A stretch of 64,000 bases of DNA. Source: Candidatus Latescibacterota bacterium. Its GTDB lineage: Bacteria; Latescibacterota; UBA2968; UBA8231. The notes below the pieces were generated by a model. The model was given only the letters and a program-made list of their open reading frames with translations. It did no database searches and was not told the DNA's origin. The translations under genes and the position numbers were made by a program. Positions 19,222-29,108 of the stretch are shown piece by piece. The stretch's first letter is position 1. Each line of letters begins with the position of its first letter. The DNA lies in contig OZ241867.1 in NCBI GenBank assembly GCA_965203175.1, positions 4,608,001 to 4,672,000 of the forward strand. The letters run 5' to 3'.

Positions 19222-20147
19222 ACGACCTCTTTCATCTGCATTTGCATTTGCCTCTCTGTCTCGGCCAGCTTATCGACGAGCGCGTGTAACCTCGGCAGAT
19301 CCTCAGCGGCCACATCCTCGGCAAAAGGTATAACCGGCCCTCCAGCCAGCCCAAACCGCTCCATAGCCGCGTGCAGCGCCGAGCCACTATAGCGCGCCGC
19401 CCGCTCACCGCGCAAATCCTCAAACGGCACCATCTGCTGCCGAATCTCCTCCGCCCCAGCGCGATCCCCCGCCGCAAAGCGCTCTAGAAGCGTCAGGCTC
19501 ATGCCGGGAACAAAGTTGGCCATCCCCGAGCTAAATCCAACCGCGCCAGCAGCCATATAGTCGATGCAGGGATCCTCGGCCATGCCACAGACCATGGCCG
19601 CGTCCTCCCCAGCGCCAGCGACGATCCTCCGGAACGCCTCCAAGTCGTCAACGGCGTATTTAAGCCCCACTACTTCGTCTAGCTGACATAGCGCCACTAC
19701 TTGCTCGACTGGCATAATATCCAGACGGCGTTGATACAGTATTGTAGGCAACTGGGTCTTCTCGGCAATGTCGCGCAAGCCGACGGCAACGCCCCTAGCT
19801 GAGGCCGGCCCGACGATGGGCATAATCATCACCCCGGCGACGCCCAAAGAGCGGGCAATCCGCCCCATTTCCAGCGCCCGACCATACCCCGGCCCGATCC
19901 CCGGCACCACCAACGCCTCTCCGACGGCCGCCTCCACAAAAGCCCCAACGACGGCCTCGTATTCGTCTAAGGTCATATCGTACACCAGCCCTGTACCGCA
20001 CGCTGGCATAATAAAATCGACGCCCCGCTCACAGAGGAAGCGCACATTGCGGCCAATTCCCGCCAAGTCAATGCCCCGCTCTGCATCGCGGGGCGTGATC
20101 GCCACAACCAGCACGTTGTGGCACTGTTCTTGTTGCAACATCTGCAT
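19218..20147 (-). CDS. DHDPS/class I aldolase family (KDG dehydratase-like)
   Basis: AITP, CGTG, ILYQR, GLKYA (Schiff-base Lys). Confidence 0.85.
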   Translation of the reverse strand: MQMLQQEQCHNVLVVAITPRDAERGIDLAGIGRNVRFLCERGVDFIMPACGTGLVYDMTLDEYEAVVGAFVEAAVGEALVVPGIGPGYGRALEMGRIARSLGVAGVMIMPIVGPASARGVAVGLRDIAEKTQLPTILYQRRLDIMPVEQVVALCQLDEVVGLKYAVDDLEAFRRIVAGAGEDAAMVCGMAEDPCIDYMAAGAVGFSSGMANFVPGMSLTLLERFAAGDRAGAEEIRQQMVPFEDLRGERAARYSGSALHAAMERFGLAGGPVIPFAEDVAAEDLPRLHALVDKLAETERQMQMQMKEVV

Positions 20148-20162
20148 AGTATTCTCCTTTTG

Positions 20163-20534
20163 CTAGGCCCAGACGGTCTCGGTGGAGGTCGTGGCGTGTT
20201 TATTGTAGTGCTCTATGTAATCCTCGCGCGGCGGACTGAAGATGTCGAGGATTTTGGCCGGGCCTTCTTCGACGATCCCCCAGTGGACCACGTTCGGCGG
20301 AATCAAGAATGCGTCTCCCGGGCCGGTGACGCGCTCCTCTGACCCAATGCGAAAGCGAAAGCGCCCGGCGAGCACCAAGCCGGCCTGTTCGTGCGGGTGG
20401 CTGTGCTCGGGCACTTCGCAGCCTTCTTCCATGTCCAGAAACGACAGCATCAGCCGCTCGCCAGCAACCAAGCCGCTGTTGATTTGGGGAAAAAGCTCCA
20501 CAGCCGCAAGTTCTGCGGGATTGATAAAGGGCAT
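20163..20534 (-). CDS. Cupin domain protein
   Basis: PEHSHPHEQAG...IPPNVVH...DIFSPPREDY. Confidence 0.9.
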   Translation of the reverse strand: MPFINPAELAAVELFPQINSGLVAGERLMLSFLDMEEGCEVPEHSHPHEQAGLVLAGRFRFRIGSEERVTGPGDAFLIPPNVVHWGIVEEGPAKILDIFSPPREDYIEHYNKHATTSTETVWA

Positions 20535-20545
20535 AGTCTCCTCTC

Positions 20546-21877
20546 CTATTCGACAAAGCTCCGCAACCAAGCATCGCCGCGATAGCGCGGCCACAGCGTA
20601 ACAAAACGGCCGACCATCAGGCCGCTATAGGCCATCCAAGCACCGGCCAATTCCCAATCCAACCAGTATATAAAAACCAACGCCGAAGGCAAAAACACCC
20701 CAAAGGTGGCCAGCGCCATCGCCTTGAATAGGTACCCCATATCGCTAGCGCCGATGAAAATTCCGTCAAAGACGAAGACCACGGCGTTCAGCGGTTGGAG
20801 CAGCGCGATGAGTACGTAAAGCGCGCCGACCTGTTGTACAACTTCCCGATGCGGAGTAAACAGCGCGGCAATAGGCTCCAAGGCCGCAAAGTAAGCCAAG
20901 CCAAATCCCGCTCCCAGACCCAACCCCCAGCAGATGATCCGCCAAGCGAACTGCCGAGCCTCGACAAAAAGGTGTGCTCCTAGGCAGCGGCCGACCAGCG
21001 TCTCAGCCGCGTGGGCAAAGCCGTCAACGGCGAAGCTAGTCAGCCCCCAGACCTGCAAAATCACGGCATTGGCAGCCAGCGGTGCTTCGCCCATCCGCGA
21101 AACCATGCCGAGCGTGAAAAAACCGGCAAATTGCAAACAGAGGGTGCGGCCAAAGAGGAAGGCGTTGGTCTGCATCAAGCGCTTCATCGCGCGCAAATCC
21201 CACAGCCTTGTAGGCCACTCCCGCAGATAGGAGCGATAGCGGGAGAACAACCAAAAAACCCCGGTGATCAGCGCCGCCACATTGCCCAGCACAGACGCCC
21301 AAGCCGCCCCTTCGACGCCTAGTTTAGGAGCGCCCAGCTTGCCGTAGATAAGCACATAGTCGGCGCCGATGTTGACCAAGTTGGCAACGGTCATGACCCA
21401 GAGAGGTGCTATGACATTGGCGGTCCCGAGGAAAAAGCCGTTGAGCGTCATAATACTCAGGGCCAAAGGCGCTTCCCAGACCCGGATGGCGAAGTAGCGT
21501 ATGCCCCAGTGCTGGACTTGGGGAGACCCACCAGCCAACTCAAACCCAATCCGGCTGATCCAGCCGCTAGCCGCCACGATCCCCATGCCGAGGCAGACGG
21601 CCACAATAAGCGAGCGGTAGAGTACCCCTGCGCTCTGACGTCGATCCCCTGCCCCGCTGTACTGGGCCACCAGTGCCGTGGTTCCCATCCGCAGAAAGGC
21701 CAAGCACCAGAATATGCCATTGAAGATCAAACTCGCCGTGGAGACCGCGCCCATAAAGGCCACTTCCGGCAAATGGCCGATCATCGCAGTGTCGGCGATA
21801 CCGATCAGCGGCGTAGATAGGGCAGTAAGGATACTGGGAACGGCGAGGCTGAGAATCCGGCGGTCGAGTGAGTTCAA
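20546..21877 (-). CDS. MATE efflux transporter, DinF-like
   Basis: PLIGIADTAMIGH, FLRMGTT, about 12 TM segments. Confidence 0.92.
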   Translation of the reverse strand: MNSLDRRILSLAVPSILTALSTPLIGIADTAMIGHLPEVAFMGAVSTASLIFNGIFWCLAFLRMGTTALVAQYSGAGDRRQSAGVLYRSLIVAVCLGMGIVAASGWISRIGFELAGGSPQVQHWGIRYFAIRVWEAPLALSIMTLNGFFLGTANVIAPLWVMTVANLVNIGADYVLIYGKLGAPKLGVEGAAWASVLGNVAALITGVFWLFSRYRSYLREWPTRLWDLRAMKRLMQTNAFLFGRTLCLQFAGFFTLGMVSRMGEAPLAANAVILQVWGLTSFAVDGFAHAAETLVGRCLGAHLFVEARQFAWRIICWGLGLGAGFGLAYFAALEPIAALFTPHREVVQQVGALYVLIALLQPLNAVVFVFDGIFIGASDMGYLFKAMALATFGVFLPSALVFIYWLDWELAGAWMAYSGLMVGRFVTLWPRYRGDAWLRSFVE

Positions 21878-22179
21878 TCCTCCGCCTCAGGTCGCCAACC
21901 AAACCGTTTCAGGTCGATGCGTTGCGCTGTAAAAACGACGCCCTCGCTGGCCAAAAGCTCGTATTGCACCAGATGACTACTGCCGCTGCGCGGCGAGACC
22001 TTGCCTTGGGCGTTGATGATGCGGTGCCAAGGCAGATCCGACTCCCCGGGCATTCCCGCCAAGGCGAATCCGACCTGCCGCGCGCGTCCCGGGTAACCGG
22101 CCAAGGTGGCGATCTGCCCGTAGGTGGCTACCTTGCCGTAGGGCACGCAGGCGATGGTCTCGTAGAACGCCCGGCGCAT
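21874..22179 (-). CDS. Alkyltransferase-like protein (ATL, MGMT family)
   Basis: PYGKVATYGQIA, ARQVG, PWHR in place of catalytic PCHR. Confidence 0.88.
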   Translation of the reverse strand: MRRAFYETIACVPYGKVATYGQIATLAGYPGRARQVGFALAGMPGESDLPWHRIINAQGKVSPRSGSSHLVQYELLASEGVVFTAQRIDLKRFGWRPEAED

Positions 22180-22186
22180 GGAGCTT

Positions 22187-22411
22187 TCAGCAGTTGGGGG
22201 CCGCGGCCTCATCGCGCCCTTCCAAAAAGTCTAGGGCCTTGGTATAGCTGCGCTTCTCCAAATAGTGGCGCAACATCGGCGGGGCTTCCTTGCCCAACTC
22301 TTGGCCAAGTTCGTCTAGTCGCCGCAGATGCGTGGCAATTGACTCGCCCTCACCGTTGTCGATAGCCGCCATCAACGCTTGTAGTTCGGTGTGCAATTGA
22401 TCTAGTGCCAT
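22187..22411 (-). CDS. Small hypothetical protein
   Basis: 74 aa, tightly packed in operon; LRHYLEKRSYTKALDFL helix. Confidence 0.7.
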   Translation of the reverse strand: MALDQLHTELQALMAAIDNGEGESIATHLRRLDELGQELGKEAPPMLRHYLEKRSYTKALDFLEGRDEAAAPNC

Positions 22412-22414
22412 AGC

Positions 22415-23137
22415 TTAGGCCGCCATGATGAGGTAGGAAAGCCACTCGGCGTGCGGGTTGCGAATCGCGTAGCGCGTACCCGGTGGCAGGTGGATCATAT
22501 CTCCTTCCCGAATCTCCTGCGCGTCGCCATCGGCTTCCAAGACACCGCAGTTTTCCAGCACGTAATAGACCTGCTCCAGCTCTTCGCAGCATCGCTCGAC
22601 CGTCTGTCCGCGCGGCTGTACAGCCTCCCGATCAATACAGCGAAACCCCTGCGTAAAGCCCACGTCCTCCTCGCCGACCGGACCTAGCTGGTGCCAGCGC
22701 ACTGCACCCGCGCCGTCGCCCATCGCCGGCACATCGCGCCAGTTGCGGATGGCAAAGTCGCCGCTGTTGGCCGCGATCCTTTGGCTGATCACGTGGTGTT
22801 CAAGCCAGTCATCGCTGGTGTCGTTAAACATCTGGTGGTGGATGCCCGATGGCAGGTACACCGCATCGCCCTCCTGCACGGGGAAGCGCTCTTTGTCAAA
22901 GAGCACGTGGCCACTGCCTGAGAGTATGTAGTACACCTGTTCGAGGTTTTCGTGCTTGTGATAATCCGAATTCTTGCGGCCTTGAAGCGCATGGCGGGCA
23001 AAGCCCTGTAGGCGCTTTAGACAATTGCGTGGATCGGGATCGTCGTCGCCATCGCGGTCGCGCAACCCGCCCCAATGCACGGCGCTCAGGTGGGCTATGT
23101 TGGGTTGGACGTCGCGCCAATTGATGATGTACACCAT
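22415..23137 (-). CDS. Bicupin protein
   Basis: Two repeats of LEQVYY(I/V)L...GD..(Y/H)LP.G; only the first has HKH. Confidence 0.85.
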   Translation of the reverse strand: MVYIINWRDVQPNIAHLSAVHWGGLRDRDGDDDPDPRNCLKRLQGFARHALQGRKNSDYHKHENLEQVYYILSGSGHVLFDKERFPVQEGDAVYLPSGIHHQMFNDTSDDWLEHHVISQRIAANSGDFAIRNWRDVPAMGDGAGAVRWHQLGPVGEEDVGFTQGFRCIDREAVQPRGQTVERCCEELEQVYYVLENCGVLEADGDAQEIREGDMIHLPPGTRYAIRNPHAEWLSYLIMAA

Positions 23138-23157
23138 CTCTTATTCCTCCTGCATGT

Positions 23158-23949
23158 CTATAAAGCGACGATCTGGCGCATTCGCGCACCGAGATCAATG
23201 AGTTCCTCGCGGCTGCCGCCCACTTCGTGGATCAGCGTGGAATCGTATCCCACCGCCTTCAACTCGGCCATGACCGCCGGCCAGTCCGTATCCCCTTCGA
23301 GCAGGTTGACGAAGCTGTGTTCACTACGGCGGAAATCTTTGAAATGAACCTTCTTGATACGCGGCCCCAACTCGCGGATCCAGTGCTCCGGGTAACCGTA
23401 GGCCATCATGTTGGCCGTGTCGAGGTAGATACCCACCCACTCGCTGCCGATTTCATCGACAAAAAGCCGGGCTTCGCGCGGACTGAGCAGAAACTTGTTC
23501 CAGACGTTTTCCAAGCCAATGGCCGCGCCCATTTCCTCGGCCAGGGAAGCCGTGTCGCTCAGCGCGTCCCGCAACCCATCCCAAGCCTGCTGATAGGTAC
23601 CCTCGACCTCTAGCTGCCCCGGGTGCAACAGCACTCCATCGACTGACAGCGCACCGGCGATCTCGAGCGAGCGCCGCAAGCACTTGAGGCACCGCTCGCG
23701 TTCATCGGCATCGCGGCTGAGCAGATTGCCGCGCTCTTGATACCAAACGATGACGCTGCCGATTTCAACACCGGCATCTTCGCACTGTTGTCCAACCTGC
23801 GCGATCTCGTCGGCGCTCATGCTCGGATCCAGGTCCTTGCCCTCGGCAAAGACCAACTCCACGGCTTGGTAGCCAGCGTCCTCGCACAACCGCAGCGTGT
23901 CCTCCAGCGCCATGTTTCCCAAAACGATCTGCGTGATTCCTATTTTCAT
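23158..23949 (-). CDS. Sugar phosphate isomerase/epimerase (TIM barrel)
   Basis: LENVWNKFLLSP, DTAN, HFKD, IHE. Confidence 0.9.
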   Translation of the reverse strand: MKIGITQIVLGNMALEDTLRLCEDAGYQAVELVFAEGKDLDPSMSADEIAQVGQQCEDAGVEIGSVIVWYQERGNLLSRDADERERCLKCLRRSLEIAGALSVDGVLLHPGQLEVEGTYQQAWDGLRDALSDTASLAEEMGAAIGLENVWNKFLLSPREARLFVDEIGSEWVGIYLDTANMMAYGYPEHWIRELGPRIKKVHFKDFRRSEHSFVNLLEGDTDWPAVMAELKAVGYDSTLIHEVGGSREELIDLGARMRQIVAL

Positions 23950-24046
23950 CGCACACCTCTATTGAATATATCTAACGCGCTCAGTATGTTATGAGCCATC
24001 GCATTCGGCCCGCAATTCGCATAACCCCTTCAACGAGGAGAACAAA

Positions 24047-24976
24047 ATGGCAAAGAAAAAATCTACCAAACGCAAAAAGGGCAAAAAGGACTTTCGGATC
24101 GGCTTTGTCGGCGTCGGGCGCATGGGAGCCAACATGGCCCTCAACCTCAACGACAAGGGCTTCAATATCTCGGCTGTATTCGACGCCAACGGCCGCGCAG
24201 CCCGCAGCCTAGCCAAAGGACTTGATTGCGCTGCTCCCAAAACTCTGGCCGAGGTTACGGCCCTCTCCGACGTGGTCATCACCGTGGTCACCGACGACGC
24301 GGCCATGCGCTCGATTTTTTCCACTTCTGGCGATTCGCTGCTGACCGACGCCAAAGGCACGACCTTTATCAACTGCGCCACCATCTCCCCGGCTGTCCAC
24401 GTCCAAGTCGAAGAGCGCGCCACTGCAGTCGGTGCTTCTTCCCTCGAAGGCTGCATGGCCTCTAGCATCACCCAAGCCCGCCAAGGCACGCTGTACCTGA
24501 TGTGTGGCGGCAAGCGCAGCGTCTTCAACCGCGTCCAGCCCATCCTCGACGCCCTGAGCGTCGATCTGCGCTATATCGGCTCGGCTGGCCAAGCAGCTCA
24601 AGTCAAGGCCCTCGTCAACATGGTCATGAACATCAATACCGCCGGCTTAGCTGAAGGGTTGGGCCTAGGCCAAGCCCTCGGACTGGACCTGAAGATGCTA
24701 ATGAAGGTATTTTCCCAGACCGGTGCCAATTCGCGAGTCTTGGAGACCGACGGCGAGGACATGACCATCCGCGACCACGAGTGCTATTTTTCCTCGGACC
24801 ACGCAGCCAAGGACTCCGGCATTGCCCTCGCACTGGCCCGCCAGAATAAGCTCAGTCTGCCGCTGGCGCAGGCAACCAAGCGCCAGTACGACAAAATGAA
24901 AAAACTGGGCCTCGGCGACCTCGACAAATCGGGCATTGCCGAGCTGACCTTTCCCGGCCGCAAAGGCTCCAAGTAG
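24047..24976 (+). CDS. NAD(P)-dependent beta-hydroxyacid dehydrogenase
   Basis: IGFVGVGRMGANMA, KALVNMVMN, AKD. Confidence 0.9.
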   Translation: MAKKKSTKRKKGKKDFRIGFVGVGRMGANMALNLNDKGFNISAVFDANGRAARSLAKGLDCAAPKTLAEVTALSDVVITVVTDDAAMRSIFSTSGDSLLTDAKGTTFINCATISPAVHVQVEERATAVGASSLEGCMASSITQARQGTLYLMCGGKRSVFNRVQPILDALSVDLRYIGSAGQAAQVKALVNMVMNINTAGLAEGLGLGQALGLDLKMLMKVFSQTGANSRVLETDGEDMTIRDHECYFSSDHAAKDSGIALALARQNKLSLPLAQATKRQYDKMKKLGLGDLDKSGIAELTFPGRKGSK

Positions 24977-24988
24977 AAACCATTTTCC

Positions 24989-25018
24989 GAGGGGCAGGTC
25001 GCCGCAGACCTGCCCTTC
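24989..25018. terminator. Hairpin between convergent genes
   Basis: GAGGGGCAGGTC-GCCGCA-GACCTGCCCTTC. Confidence 0.65.
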
Positions 25019-25024
25019 TCCTCG

Positions 25025-26032
25025 CTAGATCCGCCCGTGCCGGATGTCCACCATTCGCTGGGTCAGTTCAAACCGCAGCCCTTCTCCACTAAAAAATCGC
25101 ACGAACTCATCAACCATTATCGAGAAATAGCGGCCAAACGTCTCGGGCGCATACCAAGCTACATGGGGACTGACAAAAGCGTTGGGCAAGTGGCGCAAGC
25201 GGCTGTCTTTGGGCAGCGGCTCTGGGTCGAAGACATCGAGGCCGGCGATTAGCTCGCCCCGTATGAGCCGCTGCGTCAGTTCCTCGTAATCCACGACCGG
25301 CCCGCGACAGCAATTGATCAGGATGCGGCCGCGTCCCAGCAAATCGAGCTCCCGCGCTCCGATCATTTTTTCGGTTTTAGGCGTATGTGGAACTTGGACG
25401 ACGAGGATGTCGGCGTGTTGCAACACCTCGTCGAGCGAGCCGCGCACAATGCCCAACTCGGCGGCCACTTCCTCGGGCAAATACGGGTCCGCGACGCGTA
25501 GATCTACCCGAAAGGGACCTAGTAATTCGACCAACCGCTGCCCCACGTGCCCGCAGCCGACCAACCCGACCTTCTTGCCAGTCAATTCGCCGTGGACAAA
25601 ATCGTCGTTGCCCGCCCGCGCCCATTGCTCCTCACCCGCCATCATCTGCCGATAGACCCCGGCCCTATTGCGCAAACACAACAGCATCAGGGCCAAATCC
25701 CACTCGGCCACCGGCGCAGCCGAAGCGATATTGTCGGTATCCACGGCCAGCACTCCGTGCTCCCGAGCAGCCGCCAAGTCGATGCCCGTACCAAAGCGAT
25801 CCCCACTGACACCGGTGATCCGCAAGTCGGGAGCCCCTGCAAACACAGCCCGCGTCAACTCGGGCAGCCGACCTCCGAGGCGGATCACGCCTTCACAGCC
25901 AGCCAACGCCTCGATAAAAGCCTGTTCAGACAGGCGCTCCGTCGGCTCGACGACCTCGACCACTTGCCCTAGACGCGCCAAGTCCTCCGGCTGCGCATAA
26001 CCATGTGGATCCACCAACACCTTAGCTTTCAC
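25025..26032 (-). CDS. D-2-hydroxyacid dehydrogenase family
   Basis: GLVGCGHVG, INCCRG, LDVFDPEP, SPHVA. Confidence 0.9.
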   Translation of the reverse strand: MKAKVLVDPHGYAQPEDLARLGQVVEVVEPTERLSEQAFIEALAGCEGVIRLGGRLPELTRAVFAGAPDLRITGVSGDRFGTGIDLAAAREHGVLAVDTDNIASAAPVAEWDLALMLLCLRNRAGVYRQMMAGEEQWARAGNDDFVHGELTGKKVGLVGCGHVGQRLVELLGPFRVDLRVADPYLPEEVAAELGIVRGSLDEVLQHADILVVQVPHTPKTEKMIGARELDLLGRGRILINCCRGPVVDYEELTQRLIRGELIAGLDVFDPEPLPKDSRLRHLPNAFVSPHVAWYAPETFGRYFSIMVDEFVRFFSGEGLRFELTQRMVDIRHGRI

Positions 26033-26043
26033 ATTCTAGCTCC

Positions 26044-27072
26044 TCATTCCGACCGCGTGGCGAGCCATTCGACGGCGGCTTGCCGCCGCGCCTTTGGCGT
26101 AGTCGCACCCGCTGGCAAGCGATGCAATTCCCAAGCGATCTCGTGCGTCAAAGTCTCGCCCACCTGCAAATAGACCCAAGGGCTTAACAGTTCTAGCTCG
26201 GTGTAATCCGGGCAGGTATAGACCTCGGCGCTCAGGCCCCCGTCCGGGTAGCGCTGGGTCCCATCGCGGCGAAAGAACTCGGCCATGACCACATCGCCGA
26301 CAATGCCTGCCAGCCAGCGGTCCGAGTCGGCCCCGGTCTTCTGCGCCTCCTCCGGGTCGGGCACAAAAATGCCAATGTCGCCCTCGATAGTGAAGTTGCG
26401 CATAGCCGCGCCCTCGGCAAAGCCAAAGGGATGATAGCGCAGATCGAAGTGGCTGTGTGGGTTGAGCGGATAGAGGGTCTGCTCGGGCGGCTGGATCTGG
26501 GTGACGTTCCAGATGGTGTAGCGCAACGGCTCGACCTTGGCATCGGCCAGCTTTTCGATCCGCTGATGAATTTCCACGCGTGTACCCTGTTCCGCCAAGC
26601 GGATTTCGCGTACGCTGCGCGCCCCATTGTACTCGCTCACCGGACTGGAGATCACCACCCCCTCGGGCAGCAACTCAACCTCGTGTACCGCGCCGTCGAA
26701 AGCGTGGTCGGGCGGCCAAGAGTGGCCGTTGATTTTGACAAACTCGCTCTGCTGATTGGGCCAGACCTTGTCGCCGCCAAAGTTGGTCCATACGTACTGG
26801 TCTTCCTCATCGACGTTGGGTTGGCCGTCGGGCAACACCTGACCGTGGAACTCGGGATCGGACCAGAGGATGTTTTCGCCTCCGATGAACCCGTAGTGCA
26901 TGATGCGACCAACGGCCGGAACCACGACTACGCGCACATCGGGATTGGCAATTTCAATCGATCTCGCCCAACCCTCATACTCGGTTTCCTCAACTGTAAC
27001 TTGGGCCATCACGGGCGCAGCCAGCGCCGCCAACATAACGCACTGCAACAATTTCATTTTCTGCTTCCTCAT
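26044..27072 (-). CDS. Exported hypothetical protein (DUF4380/mutarotase-like)
   Basis: Signal peptide; GRIM, NFGGDKVWP, ELELLSP. Confidence 0.7.
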   Translation of the reverse strand: MRKQKMKLLQCVMLAALAAPVMAQVTVEETEYEGWARSIEIANPDVRVVVVPAVGRIMHYGFIGGENILWSDPEFHGQVLPDGQPNVDEEDQYVWTNFGGDKVWPNQQSEFVKINGHSWPPDHAFDGAVHEVELLPEGVVISSPVSEYNGARSVREIRLAEQGTRVEIHQRIEKLADAKVEPLRYTIWNVTQIQPPEQTLYPLNPHSHFDLRYHPFGFAEGAAMRNFTIEGDIGIFVPDPEEAQKTGADSDRWLAGIVGDVVMAEFFRRDGTQRYPDGGLSAEVYTCPDYTELELLSPWVYLQVGETLTHEIAWELHRLPAGATTPKARRQAAVEWLATRSE

Positions 27073-28244
27073 CTGAGCGCCGAAACCCCGCCGCCTTTGA
27101 GAGCACGGGCGACTTCTTTTTCGACATCATCTCGCGAGACCATGGTAGTGTCGCCAATGCACTCCTGCACCAAGATGCCGTGGGCGGCTCCCCACTGCAC
27201 CGCATCGGCGGCCCCCCGACCGTCGAGCAACGCCGCGATCACACCCGAGGCAAAGGAATCGCCGCCGCCAGTGCGATCGGCGATTTCAATATTTTCGCGC
27301 ACGGCCGCCTGGTAGATTTCGCCCTCCTCGACATCGAAGAGCACTGCGCCCCAGTTGATGCGATCCGCGGTCAGCGCGCCGCGCAACTGGGTGCCGATGT
27401 ACTTGAGGTTCGGATAGTCGTTGGCGACTTGGTGCAACATCTTGGTGTATATCGCCAACCACTGATCGAAACTGGCGTCTTTGGCCACCTTTTCGGTTTC
27501 GTAGCCCAGCGCGTCGTCAAAGTCGTCCTGATTGCCGACGAGGAACTCAACGTGCGGCACAATAGAGCGATTGATCTGGCGGGCGCGTTCTTTGTCCGGC
27601 TCCACCTTGGAGCGGTAGTTGAGGTCAAAAGAGCGGCCTGCGCCGTGCTCGCCGGCTTTCTGCATGGCCTCTAGCGCCAGCGCGGCCGTCTTCTCCGAGA
27701 GCAAGGTGTAAATCCCGCCGGTACTAAACCACCGCGTTCCCAACTCGCCGAAGAGGTGGTCCCAATCCACATCGCCAGGCCCGATTTCTCGCACTGGGGC
27801 ATGGGCGCGATAGTACTCGGTCACCGAAGGCAAGAGGCCCTTACCGGCCCAAGTAAAGTTGATCCCGTTGTGCAAAGTCCCCTTGGCGTCGGTGCTAAAT
27901 TGTCCCTTACCGCTGTTGTTAAACCAGATGATATGACCAGTGTCCAGTCCAGCTTCGCGCAGTTGGTTTTCAATGTTGCGGCCAATCCCGTCGTCCACAA
28001 GAGCCGTGATGACGGCGGCGCGCAAACCAAAGCAATAACTCAAGCCCTCGGCGACGTTGGTCTCGCCACCCCCGTGCCAGATCCGGGCGGTGCGCGCCCG
28101 GGCCGTGGGCACTTGGCCAGGATCGATGCGCATGAGGACTTCGCCTAGAGCGATGGCGTCGTAGTGGGTCTGGTCTGCTGATTTGAGTTGGATGGTCATA
28201 CTACCGTCTTCCTCCTTGATTGTTTGTATAATTTTCTCGGTCAT
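27069..28244 (-). CDS. PfkB sugar kinase (KdgK-like)
   Basis: GGGETNVA, FDLNYR, DRTGGGDSF; start set at the ATGA overlap at 28244. Confidence 0.88.
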   Translation of the reverse strand: MTEKIIQTIKEEDGSMTIQLKSADQTHYDAIALGEVLMRIDPGQVPTARARTARIWHGGGETNVAEGLSYCFGLRAAVITALVDDGIGRNIENQLREAGLDTGHIIWFNNSGKGQFSTDAKGTLHNGINFTWAGKGLLPSVTEYYRAHAPVREIGPGDVDWDHLFGELGTRWFSTGGIYTLLSEKTAALALEAMQKAGEHGAGRSFDLNYRSKVEPDKERARQINRSIVPHVEFLVGNQDDFDDALGYETEKVAKDASFDQWLAIYTKMLHQVANDYPNLKYIGTQLRGALTADRINWGAVLFDVEEGEIYQAAVRENIEIADRTGGGDSFASGVIAALLDGRGAADAVQWGAAHGILVQECIGDTTMVSRDDVEKEVARALKGGGVSALR

Positions 28245-29107
28245 AGCTGCACCCGCACTCGGCTCTTTTTCACCAGAGATTTCTCCAGCGCTTCCAACAC
28301 TGCCACCGGCCCCAGCATGGTCTGTGCGGTCTCGTCGGTTTTGCCCGTGCGGAACATGGCGCAAAAATCGCGGATGCCGCTCAGATACGAGCTTTCGTCG
28401 AATGTGATCGGCTCGTCCATGCGGCCCTTTTCGCCGATGGCGCTCAAGTGGAAACCGGGCGCAGCCCCCCCCACCAAGTTCAGGGTAGCTACGCAGCCGT
28501 CGCGGTACGTGAGGATGGCCGTGTGGTTGGCCCCAACTCCGCGATGGATCTCGGCCCAGCGTATGTCCGGGCCGAGCAGGCGCAGCACCATATCTACTTG
28601 GTGAATACCGTAAAAAAAGACGCCGCCCCACTTCGACTTGATGTCGCAGGAGCCAGTGGAGACCAAGGCCTGAATGGGGCCGAGCTGGCGCATCTTTTTG
28701 GCAAAGGCCCGGTACGAAGCCTGTTTGGGCAGCGTAGAAAAAGAACAGACCGGCACGTCCAACTCCGCAGCCCGCGCCAAAAAGCGCTTCCCCTCGGCCT
28801 GGCGGTAGCAAAACGGCTTGTCTATAAAAAGCGGGATCTTGGCCTCTAGAAGCGGTCGGGCCGCTGGCAGGTGCTCCTTGCCGTGGCGGTGATCGACCAC
28901 CGCCGCATCGACTTGGCCGATCAGCTCTTCAGGCGTGCGAACGATGTGCGGGATTTGACCGGCGGCAGCAGCAGCTTGCGCGTATTGGGCGGCCTCACCC
29001 CACACGTGGGTCACTCGCACCCCGCGCACCCTTTTTTCGACGTTGAGTACCTTGGCAATAGCTGCCGTGTGGCTGTTTTCCGCCCCAACGATGCCGATGT
29101 TTAGCAT
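28241..29107 (-). CDS. Gfo/Idh/MocA oxidoreductase
   Basis: IGIVGAENSH, FIDKP, FYGIH. Confidence 0.87.
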   Translation of the reverse strand: MLNIGIVGAENSHTAAIAKVLNVEKRVRGVRVTHVWGEAAQYAQAAAAAGQIPHIVRTPEELIGQVDAAVVDHRHGKEHLPAARPLLEAKIPLFIDKPFCYRQAEGKRFLARAAELDVPVCSFSTLPKQASYRAFAKKMRQLGPIQALVSTGSCDIKSKWGGVFFYGIHQVDMVLRLLGPDIRWAEIHRGVGANHTAILTYRDGCVATLNLVGGAAPGFHLSAIGEKGRMDEPITFDESSYLSGIRDFCAMFRTGKTDETAQTMLGPVAVLEALEKSLVKKSRVRVQL

Positions 29108-29108
29108 C

